Shown here: positions 29,101-38,613 of the stretch, piece by piece
Layout: each line of letters opens with the position of its first letter
How positions within the stretch are numbered: position 1 is the stretch's first letter
Assembly: GCA_048938895.1 (NCBI GenBank)
Contig: JBHLLU010000010.1
Location: 1-64,000, forward strand
Origin: Promethearchaeota archaeon
GTDB taxonomy: Archaea > Asgardarchaeota > Lokiarchaeia > Sigyniarchaeales > SOKP01
DNA: 64,000 bases
Direction of reading: 5' to 3'
The notes under the pieces: generated by a model
The model's input: the letters and a program-made list of their open reading frames with translations, nothing else
What the model was told of the DNA's origin: nothing
Database searches by the model: none
Position numbers and translations under genes: made by a program

Positions 29101-31557
29101 TTATACTTCTTTTTCACATTTCCCAATTCCGGTGACATAATCATTTTCATACAATTTTATGACCCTTACACCCTTAGCGGTTCTATGGGTTATTCTAATT
29201 GAATCCACGGCAACTCTTATCATCTGTCCCTGTTCTGTACCAATTAATAAATCCATATGTTTAGCAATCTTAATAGCAATAACTTTATCATTTTTTTCTA
29301 CATCTAAAGTGATATTTTTAACTCCTTTTGCCCCTCGACCTGTCTTTCTATATTCTTTTACATAAGTTCTCTGACCATAACCATTTTCAGTTAAAGTCAA
29401 GATTATATCATCATCAGATACTAATAAAGAATCAATTACTTCATCACTTTCTCTTAAATCTACTCCCTTGACGCCCATTGAATTTCTTCCTAACTCTCTT
29501 AATTCAGATTCATCGAATCGAACTGCATATCCTAATTTTGTAGCAATGAAAATGTCCTCTAATTCATTAGATAATCTTTTAACACTAACTAGTTCATCAT
29601 CTGGTCTGATTCTCTGTGCTCTTACTCCTGTACTTTTAAATTTAGAAAACAATCTTAATGGCGTTTTCTTTATTATTCCTTTTTTAGTTGTCATTATTAG
29701 CATCTCATTTGTATTGAAATTATTAATAGGTATCATTGAAGATATCTTTTCTTCAGATTGTAGAGGTATAAAATTGATTATTGGTTTTCCCCGAGCAGTA
29801 CGTTTCTGAAGTGGAATGTCATAACATTTAATTGAATAAACTCTACCTTTTGAAGTAAAAACTAAAATTGTATCGTGTGTAGAACATACAAACAAATCTG
29901 TAATGAAATCTTCTTCTCTTACAGTCATGCCTTTCTTTCCACGGCCACCTCTTCCTTGTGTACGATATTGTTCAACTGAAGTTCTTTTTATATACTGATT
30001 TTTTGTAAAAATTACAATTGTGGGTTCATTTTTAATAAGATCTTTTGTTTCAATATCTTTAGGTGTATCTTCACCGCTGATTTCAAGTTCAGATTTCCTA
30101 GAATCTCCATATTTTTCATTCAATTCTCTGAGTTCCGTTTTTATAATATTTAATTGTAGCTGTTCACTTGCCAGAATTTTCTTGTATTCTGCTATGTTTT
30201 CTTTAAGTGACTTTTCTTCATCAACTAATTTTTGTTGTTCTAAATTTGTTAATCGTGACAATTGCATATTTAATATTGCTTGAACTTGTATTTCAGATAG
30301 ACTATATGCATCTATCAACTTAATTTTAGCTTCGTTTGTATCTTTTGCTTTTTTAATTATATCTATTACATTATCAATATCATTTAATGCTATAAGAAGA
30401 CCTTCTACTCTATGGAGACGATCCTCAGCTTTTCTAAGTTCAAATGCAACTCTCTTTTTGATGATAACGAGACGATGATTAATATATTCTTGAATAATCT
30501 CTTTTAGAGTAAGTATTTTAGGTTGTTTTCCATCATTAATCAATACTAAGTTAATAATATTAAAACTCGTGAACAGTTTTGTTCTCTTAAATAGGATGTT
30601 TTTAATAATAACTGGTTGAGCATTCTTAGTTAAATCGATAACAATACGCATTCCCTGCCGATCAGATTCGTCTCGCAAATCTCTAATATCTTTTAGAACT
30701 CCATCTTTTACCAGCTTTGCAATTGATTCTATTAATAAAGATTTATTTACTAAATAAGGAATTTCAGTAATAACTAAACTAGTTTTATCTCCTTTTACTT
30801 CAGTTTTGATTTTACCACTAATATTGACATTACCAATTCCCGTAGTGTAAGCATTATATATTCCATTTCTATCCGAGATAATCCCACCTGTTGGAAAGTC
30901 TGGTCCTTTAATAATTTCCATAAGTTCTTGAATTGAAATTTCTGGATCGTCAATGGTAGCAATAATACCTTCACAAATTTCGTTCAAATTATGAGGAGGC
31001 ATTGAAGTAGCCATCCCTACAGCAATACCTTTTGTACCGTTAATTAAGATATTAGGGATTTTGGCAGGTAAATAAAGAGGTTCAACTTTACTATCATCAA
31101 AATTATTATAAAATTCAACAGTGTCTTTGTATAAATCCTCAATCAGTTCATCTGAAATTCTAGAGAGTCTTGCTTCAGTATATCTGTAAGCTGCGGGATC
31201 ATCTCCATCAACAGAACCAAAATTACCTTGAGGATCAATGAGAGGATATCTTAAAGTAAAATCTTGTCCCATTCTTACAAGTGCTCCATATATAGCTCCG
31301 TCTCCATGAGGATGGTAATTACCTAGGACATCGCCCACTATCTTGGCACATTTAACATGGGGAGAACGTGCATTCCAACCATTTTCAGCCATGGCATAAA
31401 TAATTCTTTTCTGAACGGGTTTTAATCCATCTCTTATATCAGGAATAGCTCTACCAATAATGACTGACATGCTATAATCAATATAGCTACTAGCCATTTC
31501 ATCTTTTAGCAAAATATCTTCAATTTGTTCTGTAGTCAAAATATAACCCCTATTCAT
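29101..31557 (-). CDS. gyrA: DNA gyrase subunit A
   Basis: [23 protein letters not shown], GyrA-box QGRGGRG, beta-pinwheel repeats. Confidence 0.97.
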   Translation of the reverse strand: MNRGYILTTEQIEDILLKDEMASSYIDYSMSVIIGRAIPDIRDGLKPVQKRIIYAMAENGWNARSPHVKCAKIVGDVLGNYHPHGDGAIYGALVRMGQDFTLRYPLIDPQGNFGSVDGDDPAAYRYTEARLSRISDELIEDLYKDTVEFYNNFDDSKVEPLYLPAKIPNILINGTKGIAVGMATSMPPHNLNEICEGIIATIDDPEISIQELMEIIKGPDFPTGGIISDRNGIYNAYTTGIGNVNISGKIKTEVKGDKTSLVITEIPYLVNKSLLIESIAKLVKDGVLKDIRDLRDESDRQGMRIVIDLTKNAQPVIIKNILFKRTKLFTSFNIINLVLINDGKQPKILTLKEIIQEYINHRLVIIKKRVAFELRKAEDRLHRVEGLLIALNDIDNVIDIIKKAKDTNEAKIKLIDAYSLSEIQVQAILNMQLSRLTNLEQQKLVDEEKSLKENIAEYKKILASEQLQLNIIKTELRELNEKYGDSRKSELEISGEDTPKDIETKDLIKNEPTIVIFTKNQYIKRTSVEQYRTQGRGGRGKKGMTVREEDFITDLFVCSTHDTILVFTSKGRVYSIKCYDIPLQKRTARGKPIINFIPLQSEEKISSMIPINNFNTNEMLIMTTKKGIIKKTPLRLFSKFKSTGVRAQRIRPDDELVSVKRLSNELEDIFIATKLGYAVRFDESELRELGRNSMGVKGVDLRESDEVIDSLLVSDDDIILTLTENGYGQRTYVKEYRKTGRGAKGVKNITLDVEKNDKVIAIKIAKHMDLLIGTEQGQMIRVAVDSIRITHRTAKGVRVIKLYENDYVTGIGKCEKEV

Positions 31558-31585
31558 ATATTAAGTTAGTACTAAATAATAGGAT

Positions 31586-33660
31586 CTAAATATCTAAAAC
31601 ATTTACTTCATCAAAATTACTTATTATAAACTTTTTCCGGGCTTTGACTTCTTTACCCATTAATTTCGTAAACATCATATCATTTTCTAAATAGTCTTCA
31701 TAAGTAACTTTCTTTAGTTTCCTTGTATCTCGGTTCATTGTTGTAGAATAAAGTTCCTCAGCGTTCATCTCCCCAAGCCCTTTGTATCTTTGGGTTCGTA
31801 TCGAATTAGTCTCTTTTAATTTATGTTTTTTCTTTAATTCTTGAATATAATCATCCTTTTCTTTATCTGTATAGACATACTTATAGTCTTTTTTATAGAT
31901 TACTTTGTATAAGGGAGGACATGCTATATAGAGATGCCCTTTATCTATTATTGGACGCATATACCTAAAAAAGAAAGTGAGTAATAAAGTTTCTATATGA
32001 AATCCATCCACATCTGCATCCATAAGTAAGATCACTTTGTGATATCTCAGTTTGTTCAGGTCAAAGCTTTCCTCTGCGTCTTCTACTTCTTCAACTTCAG
32101 AATTCAATCCATTTGTACCATTAGTCTCATTCACTTCCTGAAACCCTACTCCGAGAGCTTTGATAATGGATTGGATTTCATTGTTTTGTAATATTTTATC
32201 TAACCGCGCTTTTTCTACATTTAAAATTTTGCCTCTAAGCGGAAGAATAGCCTGATAATTCCGATCTCTGCCTTGTTTGGCAGATCCTCCAGCAGAATTC
32301 CCTTCAACAATAAATATTTCAGCTTCTTCAGGATTATTTGAAGAACAATCAGCAAGTTTACCAGGCATTCGTGCATTATCTAATGCTGATTTTCTACGGA
32401 TTAAAGACCTCGCTTTTTGGGCAGCTTCACGAGCCAATTTAGCATTAATTGTTTTCAAAATAATTCTTTTAGCTGTTTGAGGGTGTTCTTCCAAATATTG
32501 GGTTAATCTATCTGTAACCATTTGACTAACGATTTGGCGAATTTCTGGATTGCCCAACTTAATTTTAGTTTGACTTTCAAATTGAGGATCAGGTAGTCTA
32601 ACCGAAATAACTGCTGAAAGTCCTTCTCTTGTATCACTTCCAGTTAATACATGGTCTTTATACTTCTTTTCCATATAACTTTCAATGTAAGAATTAAAGC
32701 CCCTCGTTAGCGCAGATTTAAAACCCGTAAGATGTGTTCCTCCCTCAATAGTGTTGATTGTATTGGCATAAGAGAGAATATTTGTTTGATAACCTTGGTT
32801 GTATTGAGCGGCAATTTCACAAATCACCGAACCATTCTTATCTTCATAAGAATCGCTTATATAAATAATATCATTATGTAAAGGTTGTTTGTCTTTATTC
32901 AAAAATGCTACAAATTCTTTTAATCCGCCTTCATAGTGAAAGTCTTCAACTTCATCATTAAATTTATCATGAAGTTCAAATCTCGTATGAGGATTAAGAA
33001 ATGCAAGCTCGCGCATTCTTGTGGTGATGGTATAAGCATTGAATATCTGCTCATTTGGATCATAATCAAAAATTGAATTATCTGGGTAAAATTTGATTTT
33101 AGTATAAGTATTTTTAGTTTTTATTGGTTTTATTTCTGGTTCTGATGCTTTTTTTCCTCTAGAAAATTTCTGGATATAACATAATCCATCACGACAGACT
33201 TCTACTTCCAACCATTCAGTTAAAGCATTCACAACCGAAAGCCCAACACCATGTAGTCCTCCTGAAATTTTATAACTCTTGCTATCAAATTTACCTCCAG
33301 CGTGTAGATGTTCCATTATTACTTCAAGGGCAGGTCTCTTATATTCAGGATGATCATCAATAGGAATACCTCGACCATTATCAGCTATTTGAACTGAATT
33401 GTCTTTATAAAGGGTAACTTTTATCTCGTCGGCATATCCCCCTATAGCTTCGTCAACAGAATTATCAAGCACCTCAAAAATTAGATGATGAAGTCCTTTC
33501 TTCCCTTGATCGCCGATGTACATTGCGGGCCTCTTTCGATAGCGACTTAGCGCGATTCGCGCATCTCCTTCAATTTTTATGAAGAAAAGTTTACGCCGTC
33601 AAGGCCCTTCAATACTTTGATATCATCAGCGTCGTAGGAACTATTTTTTTTCTCAACCAT
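31586..33660 (-). CDS. gyrB: DNA gyrase subunit B, split: exon 1 33660-33592, exon 2 33538-31586 (673 aa if joined)
   Basis: EVLDNSVDE, DNGRGIP, GGLHGVG, EGNSA, PLRGK, DADVDG, RYKGLGEM; N-terminus MVEKKNSSYDADDIKVLKGLDGV lies upstream in another frame. Confidence 0.95.
33539..33591 (-). other. Putative 53-nt bulge-helix-bulge intron in gyrB mRNA
   Basis: GGCG/CGCU 4-bp helix flanked by 3-nt bulges UAA and AUC, intron helix ACUU/AAGU, exon helix GGGCCUU/GAGGCCC; removal restores GV|RKRP. Confidence 0.85.
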
Positions 33661-33950
33661 AAGAATTCGATTTTTCCCTTATTATGTAAGGTTAAATTTA
33701 TCTAAATTGAACTTAAGTGATAATTTAACGGTTTACAATATATGAATAGAATTTATCACTTTTAAATGTAGGTACATTTTTTCATTGTTTTTAATTGTTC
33801 AAAAATAACAAATATTCAATATAATCTTCCAATTCTTTTGAATCATCGATTTAACTCACTAGATTAGTGAATTAGACAATTATTCTATTTAGATTGGTTC
33901 TAACTGCCCAGATTTTCGGAAAAGATTTTTTTCATAAAAATAGAGATCTT

Positions 33951-34811
33951 TTAATTCTTTCTGATTTCCTCAGCCATTTTTACCATTTCAATGAGTTGAT
34001 TATCAATATCATGAGTTCGAATAATGTGAGCTCCATTATATACTGCTATTGCTGTTGAAGAGAGTGTTCCATTCAGTCTATCTTCAGGATCAGGGATATC
34101 TAGGGTAGTACCGATAAAAGATTTTCTTGAAATGGCCACAAGAACAGGGAGATTTAATTTTCGAAGTTTTCTAAGATTATTTATTATTTTTAGATCATAA
34201 ATATGAATTTTTTTTTCAACCCATTTGCCAATTCCAGGATCTAAAATGACTAAATTTTTATTATAACCGTTAGATTTAAGGTGTTTTATGGTCTTCTTAA
34301 ATTCATATATAATTTCCTCAATTGTGCATAAATCGCCGGGGAATTTTTTTGATGCCATTAATATAATAGGAATTTTATTCTTAATTATAAAGTTCTCAAG
34401 CATTGGATCAGTTTTTAAACAACTCACATCATTGATTATAATTTTTTTGTCATATTCCATGGAAATATTATAAGCGACTTCAGCAACTCGAGCATACTGG
34501 GTATCTATAGATATTATAATCTTATTAGAAATATTTTTACAAACATTTTCCATAGCTGATTGAAGCCGCTCAATCTCTTCTTCGATCGTTATTTTTTGAG
34601 ACCAAGGAGCGGTAGACCGAGCTCCTAAGTCTAACATAGTAGCCCCATTTTTAATCATTTGTCGTGTTGCATTCTCTAAAGATTTTATGTCAGAATAGAC
34701 CGATCCTTGATAGAAACTCTCGGGACTAAGATTTAACACGCCCATTATTACAGTAGGGTGATCATCTCCGATTTCTAAGATGTCATATAAATTCATATAA
34801 ATTTTTTTCAT
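33951..34811 (-). CDS. folP: Dihydropteroate synthase
   Basis: MGVLNLSPESFY, DLGARSTAP, SIDT, INDVS, DPGIG, SRKSFI, RTHD. Confidence 0.92.
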   Translation of the reverse strand: MKKIYMNLYDILEIGDDHPTVIMGVLNLSPESFYQGSVYSDIKSLENATRQMIKNGATMLDLGARSTAPWSQKITIEEEIERLQSAMENVCKNISNKIIISIDTQYARVAEVAYNISMEYDKKIIINDVSCLKTDPMLENFIIKNKIPIILMASKKFPGDLCTIEEIIYEFKKTIKHLKSNGYNKNLVILDPGIGKWVEKKIHIYDLKIINNLRKLRKLNLPVLVAISRKSFIGTTLDIPDPEDRLNGTLSSTAIAVYNGAHIIRTHDIDNQLIEMVKMAEEIRKN

Positions 34812-34868
34812 GAGGTATCTAGAAAATGAACAAAGTATATCAAATAAGTTTAATTCTTTTACCCTACA

Positions 34869-35654
34869 ATGGAATTATTTTCAATCAAACTTCCCCTCAT
34901 AAAAGAAAATGATGATTTGCTTAGTATTATAATTGAAAAAATTAAAGAAATGGGGAAATCCTTAAACGAAGGGGATGTAATTGTAATTGCTGAAAAAGTA
35001 ATAGCTACTTCACAGGGGAGAGTAATTAATTTATCTGATGTTTCCAATATCTCAAAACAAGCAAAGAAAATGGCAAAAGAATTTGATATGGACGAAAGGT
35101 ATGTCCAATTGATATTACAGGAAGCATCCATGATTTTAGGTGGCATGACTCATGTAATTTTGGCTCAGGTAAATGATTTTTTAATAGCTAATGCAGGGAT
35201 AGATCAATCAAATGCGGGACCAGGTAAAGTGGTCCTTTTACCAAAAGATCTGAAAAAAGTTGTTTGGGATTATTGGAGGTTATTGAAAGAAGAATTTAGA
35301 TTAGGAAAACTTGGTGTGATTATTTCGGATTCTAGAGTACAACCTCTGAGAAAAGGAACAATCGGTATAGCAATTGCAACCGCAGGTTTTGAACCTGTCG
35401 AAGATCTACGAGGACATCCTGATCTTTTTAATCGACCAATGGAAATCACTATGAGAGCGATAGCAGACGATCTTACAAGTGCAGCTCAATTTCTATTGAG
35501 TGAAGCTGATCAACAGACACCTGTAGTAATTATCAGAGGAAGTAATGTTGAATTTACAGATAATCCCCAACTAACTCCAGAAATGCCTCCAGAACAATGC
35601 CTTTATATGAATATATTCTCAAAATATCTTTTGGAAAAAAAAGAAAAAGATTAG
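34869..35654 (+). CDS. cofE: CofE-family gamma-glutamyl ligase
   Basis: PLIKENDDL, VIAEK, ANAGIDQSN, VIISDS, DLFNR, TPVVIIRG. Confidence 0.85.
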   Translation: MELFSIKLPLIKENDDLLSIIIEKIKEMGKSLNEGDVIVIAEKVIATSQGRVINLSDVSNISKQAKKMAKEFDMDERYVQLILQEASMILGGMTHVILAQVNDFLIANAGIDQSNAGPGKVVLLPKDLKKVVWDYWRLLKEEFRLGKLGVIISDSRVQPLRKGTIGIAIATAGFEPVEDLRGHPDLFNRPMEITMRAIADDLTSAAQFLLSEADQQTPVVIIRGSNVEFTDNPQLTPEMPPEQCLYMNIFSKYLLEKKEKD

Positions 35655-35750
35655 AATGAGAATTTAAAATTAGACAAATTTTTTAGAAATCACTTATATG
35701 AATAATTATTGTTTATTTAATTCTATTTCAAAAATTATCCATAGTTAAAA

Positions 35751-37052
35751 ATGAAGGATATAAATTACACTACGATTGAACAAGCATTAAAAAAAAAAGA
35801 ATCCACAGTGAATTTGAGAGGCTGGATATACCGAGAACGGAAATCAAATAAATTCATATTTATTGTATTGAGAGATGAATCGGATATAATTCAATGTGTT
35901 ATACCAAAAACTAAAAATCCAGAGATTTTTAAGAAGGCTGAAAACCTAACAATTGAATCTTCAGTTAAAATTTCCGGAGAACTAAAAGAAGATGAAAGAG
36001 CGCCAACAGGTTATGAAGTTTCGGTGTCAGAGTTAGAGATTGTTCAAATAGCTGACCCATTTCCAATAACAGAATATCAATCACCTGAGCTTTTATATGA
36101 TAATCGTCATCTTTGGATAAGGTCTAGACAATTAAATGCAATCCTTAAAATCAGACATACTGTTGTTGGAGCAATACATGAATTTTTTAGAAGCCGAGGA
36201 TATTACGAGTTTGATGCACCAATTTTCCAACCGAGTCAATCTGAAGGTGGAGCTACTCTTTTTGAGGTTAAATATTTTGATGATATAACCTATCTAAGCC
36301 AAACATGGCAATTATATGCTGAGGCAGGTATTTTTTCTTTGGGAAAAATTTACAATATGAGCCCAACATTTAGAGCGGAAAAGTCAAAAACTTCACGACA
36401 TTTATCAGAATTCTGGATGGCTGAAATGGAAGTTGCCTGGATGCAACTTGATGAAGTTACTGAAGTTGCTAAAGATGAAATTAGGTTTATTGTAAAGGAA
36501 GTATTGAAGAAAAACAAAAAGGAATTAGAAATTCTAGAAAGGGATGTTAAATTATTGGAGCATTATGCAGAAGCAGAATATCCAACAATTAAATATTCCG
36601 AAGCTTTAGAAATTCTTAATACTAAATATAAGATGAATGTTCCTTGGGGTAAGGATTTAAGAACTATTGAGGAAGCTAAAATAGCAGATCATTTTAAGGT
36701 TCCTGTTGTAGTCACACATTATCCTACAGAAATAATGGGTTTTTATAAACCACCAAGTGAAGAGAATCCGAAAGAAGCATTATGTTTTGACATGTTGGCA
36801 CCGGAAGGATATTGTGAAATTGTTGGGGGTTCAGAACGTTCTTTACTACTAGATAATATGAAGAAAAGATTGAAGGCTGATGGAGAAGATCCTAAGAATT
36901 ATGAATGGTATTTTGAATTAAGACGCTATGGAAGTGTACCTCATTCTGGTTATGGAGTTGGAGTTGAGAGGGTTATTATGTGGATATGTGGAATAGATAA
37001 CATTAAAGATGCGATCCCGTTTCCGAGGACTATGTTGCGGAAAGCACCTTAA
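35751..37052 (+). CDS. asnS: Asparaginyl-tRNA synthetase
   Basis: OB-fold, LSQTWQLYAE, FRAEKSKTSRHLSEFW, EIVGGSER, PHSGYGVGVER. Confidence 0.88.
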   Translation: MKDINYTTIEQALKKKESTVNLRGWIYRERKSNKFIFIVLRDESDIIQCVIPKTKNPEIFKKAENLTIESSVKISGELKEDERAPTGYEVSVSELEIVQIADPFPITEYQSPELLYDNRHLWIRSRQLNAILKIRHTVVGAIHEFFRSRGYYEFDAPIFQPSQSEGGATLFEVKYFDDITYLSQTWQLYAEAGIFSLGKIYNMSPTFRAEKSKTSRHLSEFWMAEMEVAWMQLDEVTEVAKDEIRFIVKEVLKKNKKELEILERDVKLLEHYAEAEYPTIKYSEALEILNTKYKMNVPWGKDLRTIEEAKIADHFKVPVVVTHYPTEIMGFYKPPSEENPKEALCFDMLAPEGYCEIVGGSERSLLLDNMKKRLKADGEDPKNYEWYFELRRYGSVPHSGYGVGVERVIMWICGIDNIKDAIPFPRTMLRKAP

Positions 37053-37130
37053 AATATTGAATCCATATCTACAAAATAAGAATTATTAAGATCCTTTTCC
37101 TTAATTATTTAAAAGTGTGGTTTATTGTAA

Positions 37131-38612
37131 ATGGCATTCTATGAATACATGGCACATGAACTAATTGAAAAGATAAAAAATAAAGAATTTAAAATAGAAG
37201 AGGTAATTCGCCAAACATTTCAACGAATAGAAGAGACTGATGATAAAGTACATTCTTTTGTCCATTTACATAAAGAAGAAGCGTTAGCTAAAGCAAAGAC
37301 ATTAGATAAAAAACTAAAGCAGGGAAAATCTGTAGGAAAATTATATGGCTTGCCTATCGCTATAAAGGATCTTATTTGTATTAAAGATAGTCCTACTACG
37401 TGTGGATCTAAAATACTGACGAGATACTTACCTCCTTATAATGCAACAGTTATAGAAAAACTACTTGAGCAGGAGGGAGCTATATGTGTGGGACGCACTA
37501 ACATGGATGAATTTGCAATGGGTTCATCAACAGAAAACAGTTCTTATGGCCCTACATATAACCCATGGGATCTTGAACGAGTCCCTGGAGGTTCAAGTGG
37601 GGGATCTGCTTGCTGTATTGCAGCAGGTCAAACATCTGTTTCATTAGGGTCAGATACAGGGGGAAGCATTAGATGTCCAGCTTCTTACTGTGGTGTAGTA
37701 GGATTGAAACCAACTTATGGAAGAGTATCTAGATATGGATTAGTATCATATGCAAATTCATTAGATCAAATTGGTCCGATATCTCGCTGTGTATATGACT
37801 CAGCAATGATATTAGAAATAATCGCAGGACAAGATCCCCTAGATTCCACATCTGCAGATTTTAAAGTTGAAAAATATACTCAAAGTCTTGAAAATCCAAT
37901 TGAAAAAATGGTTCTGGGGATTCCGAAAGAATTTTTTGGTGAAGGCTTGGAAGAAGATGTGAAAGACAGAGTAAATAAAGCTATTGACAAATTAAAAAGT
38001 TTAGGCTCTAAGACAATAGAAATTTCTTTCCCACATTTAGAATATGCAATTCCTACTTATTATTTGATAGCTATGAGTGAAGCTAGTTCCAATTTAGCTA
38101 GATATGATGGATTAAGATATGGTGGTATGAGTGATAATCTAAGTGGAGACATTTATGAAGTATATAGTAGAACTCGAGCTGAAAAATTCGGTAAAGAAGT
38201 AAGAAGAAGGATTGTCTTGGGAAGTTATGCTCTTTCAGCAGGTTATTATGAAATGTTTTACATCAAGGCTTTAAAAGTAAGAACTTTAATTAAAACTGAT
38301 TTTCAAAATGCGTTAAAAAAATGTAATGCAATAGTGTGTCCAACAATGCCTACTACTGCATTTAAGATTGGAGAATTGGTTGATGAGCCATTGAAGATGT
38401 ATTTAATGGATGTTCTAACATGTCCAGTTAATTTAGCAGGTTTACCTGCACTTTCAATTCCCTGTGGGTTTGATAGGAATGACCTTCCTATCGGATTTCA
38501 GATTATTGGCAATTATTTTGACGAAAAATCATTACTGAATATTGGATATTTGCTCGAACAAGAATTAAATATTTATAGGAAATTAGCTCCACTTAAACCA
38601 AGAGGTCAATGA
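37131..38612 (+). CDS. gatA: Asp/Glu-tRNA amidotransferase subunit A
   Basis: NMDEFAMGSS, PGGSSGGS, GSDTGGSIR, SNLARYDG. Confidence 0.96.
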   Translation: MAFYEYMAHELIEKIKNKEFKIEEVIRQTFQRIEETDDKVHSFVHLHKEEALAKAKTLDKKLKQGKSVGKLYGLPIAIKDLICIKDSPTTCGSKILTRYLPPYNATVIEKLLEQEGAICVGRTNMDEFAMGSSTENSSYGPTYNPWDLERVPGGSSGGSACCIAAGQTSVSLGSDTGGSIRCPASYCGVVGLKPTYGRVSRYGLVSYANSLDQIGPISRCVYDSAMILEIIAGQDPLDSTSADFKVEKYTQSLENPIEKMVLGIPKEFFGEGLEEDVKDRVNKAIDKLKSLGSKTIEISFPHLEYAIPTYYLIAMSEASSNLARYDGLRYGGMSDNLSGDIYEVYSRTRAEKFGKEVRRRIVLGSYALSAGYYEMFYIKALKVRTLIKTDFQNALKKCNAIVCPTMPTTAFKIGELVDEPLKMYLMDVLTCPVNLAGLPALSIPCGFDRNDLPIGFQIIGNYFDEKSLLNIGYLLEQELNIYRKLAPLKPRGQ

Positions 38613-38613
38613 A

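Noticed and set aside
33547-33570. AAGGAG followed by mini-ORF MRESR* inside the gyrB insert
   Set aside because: No spacing between the SD-like motif and ATG, and it stops after 5 codons; better explained as hairpin sequence
33539-33591. gyrB as a pseudogene, programmed frameshift or MITE insertion
   Set aside because: The rest of gyrB and gyrA are intact; a simple frameshift would add about 17 residues into an invariant motif; no target-site duplication; BHB geometry predicts the exact junction. Ribosomal bypassing is not formally excluded
29101-33660. Bacterial-type gyrase in an archaeon as a novelty
   Set aside because: Gyrase is already known in several archaeal groups, including Asgard lineages
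33856-33870. Inverted repeat TCACTA-N3-TAGTGA between folP and gyrB
   Set aside because: Only 6 bp and single occurrence; function unsupported
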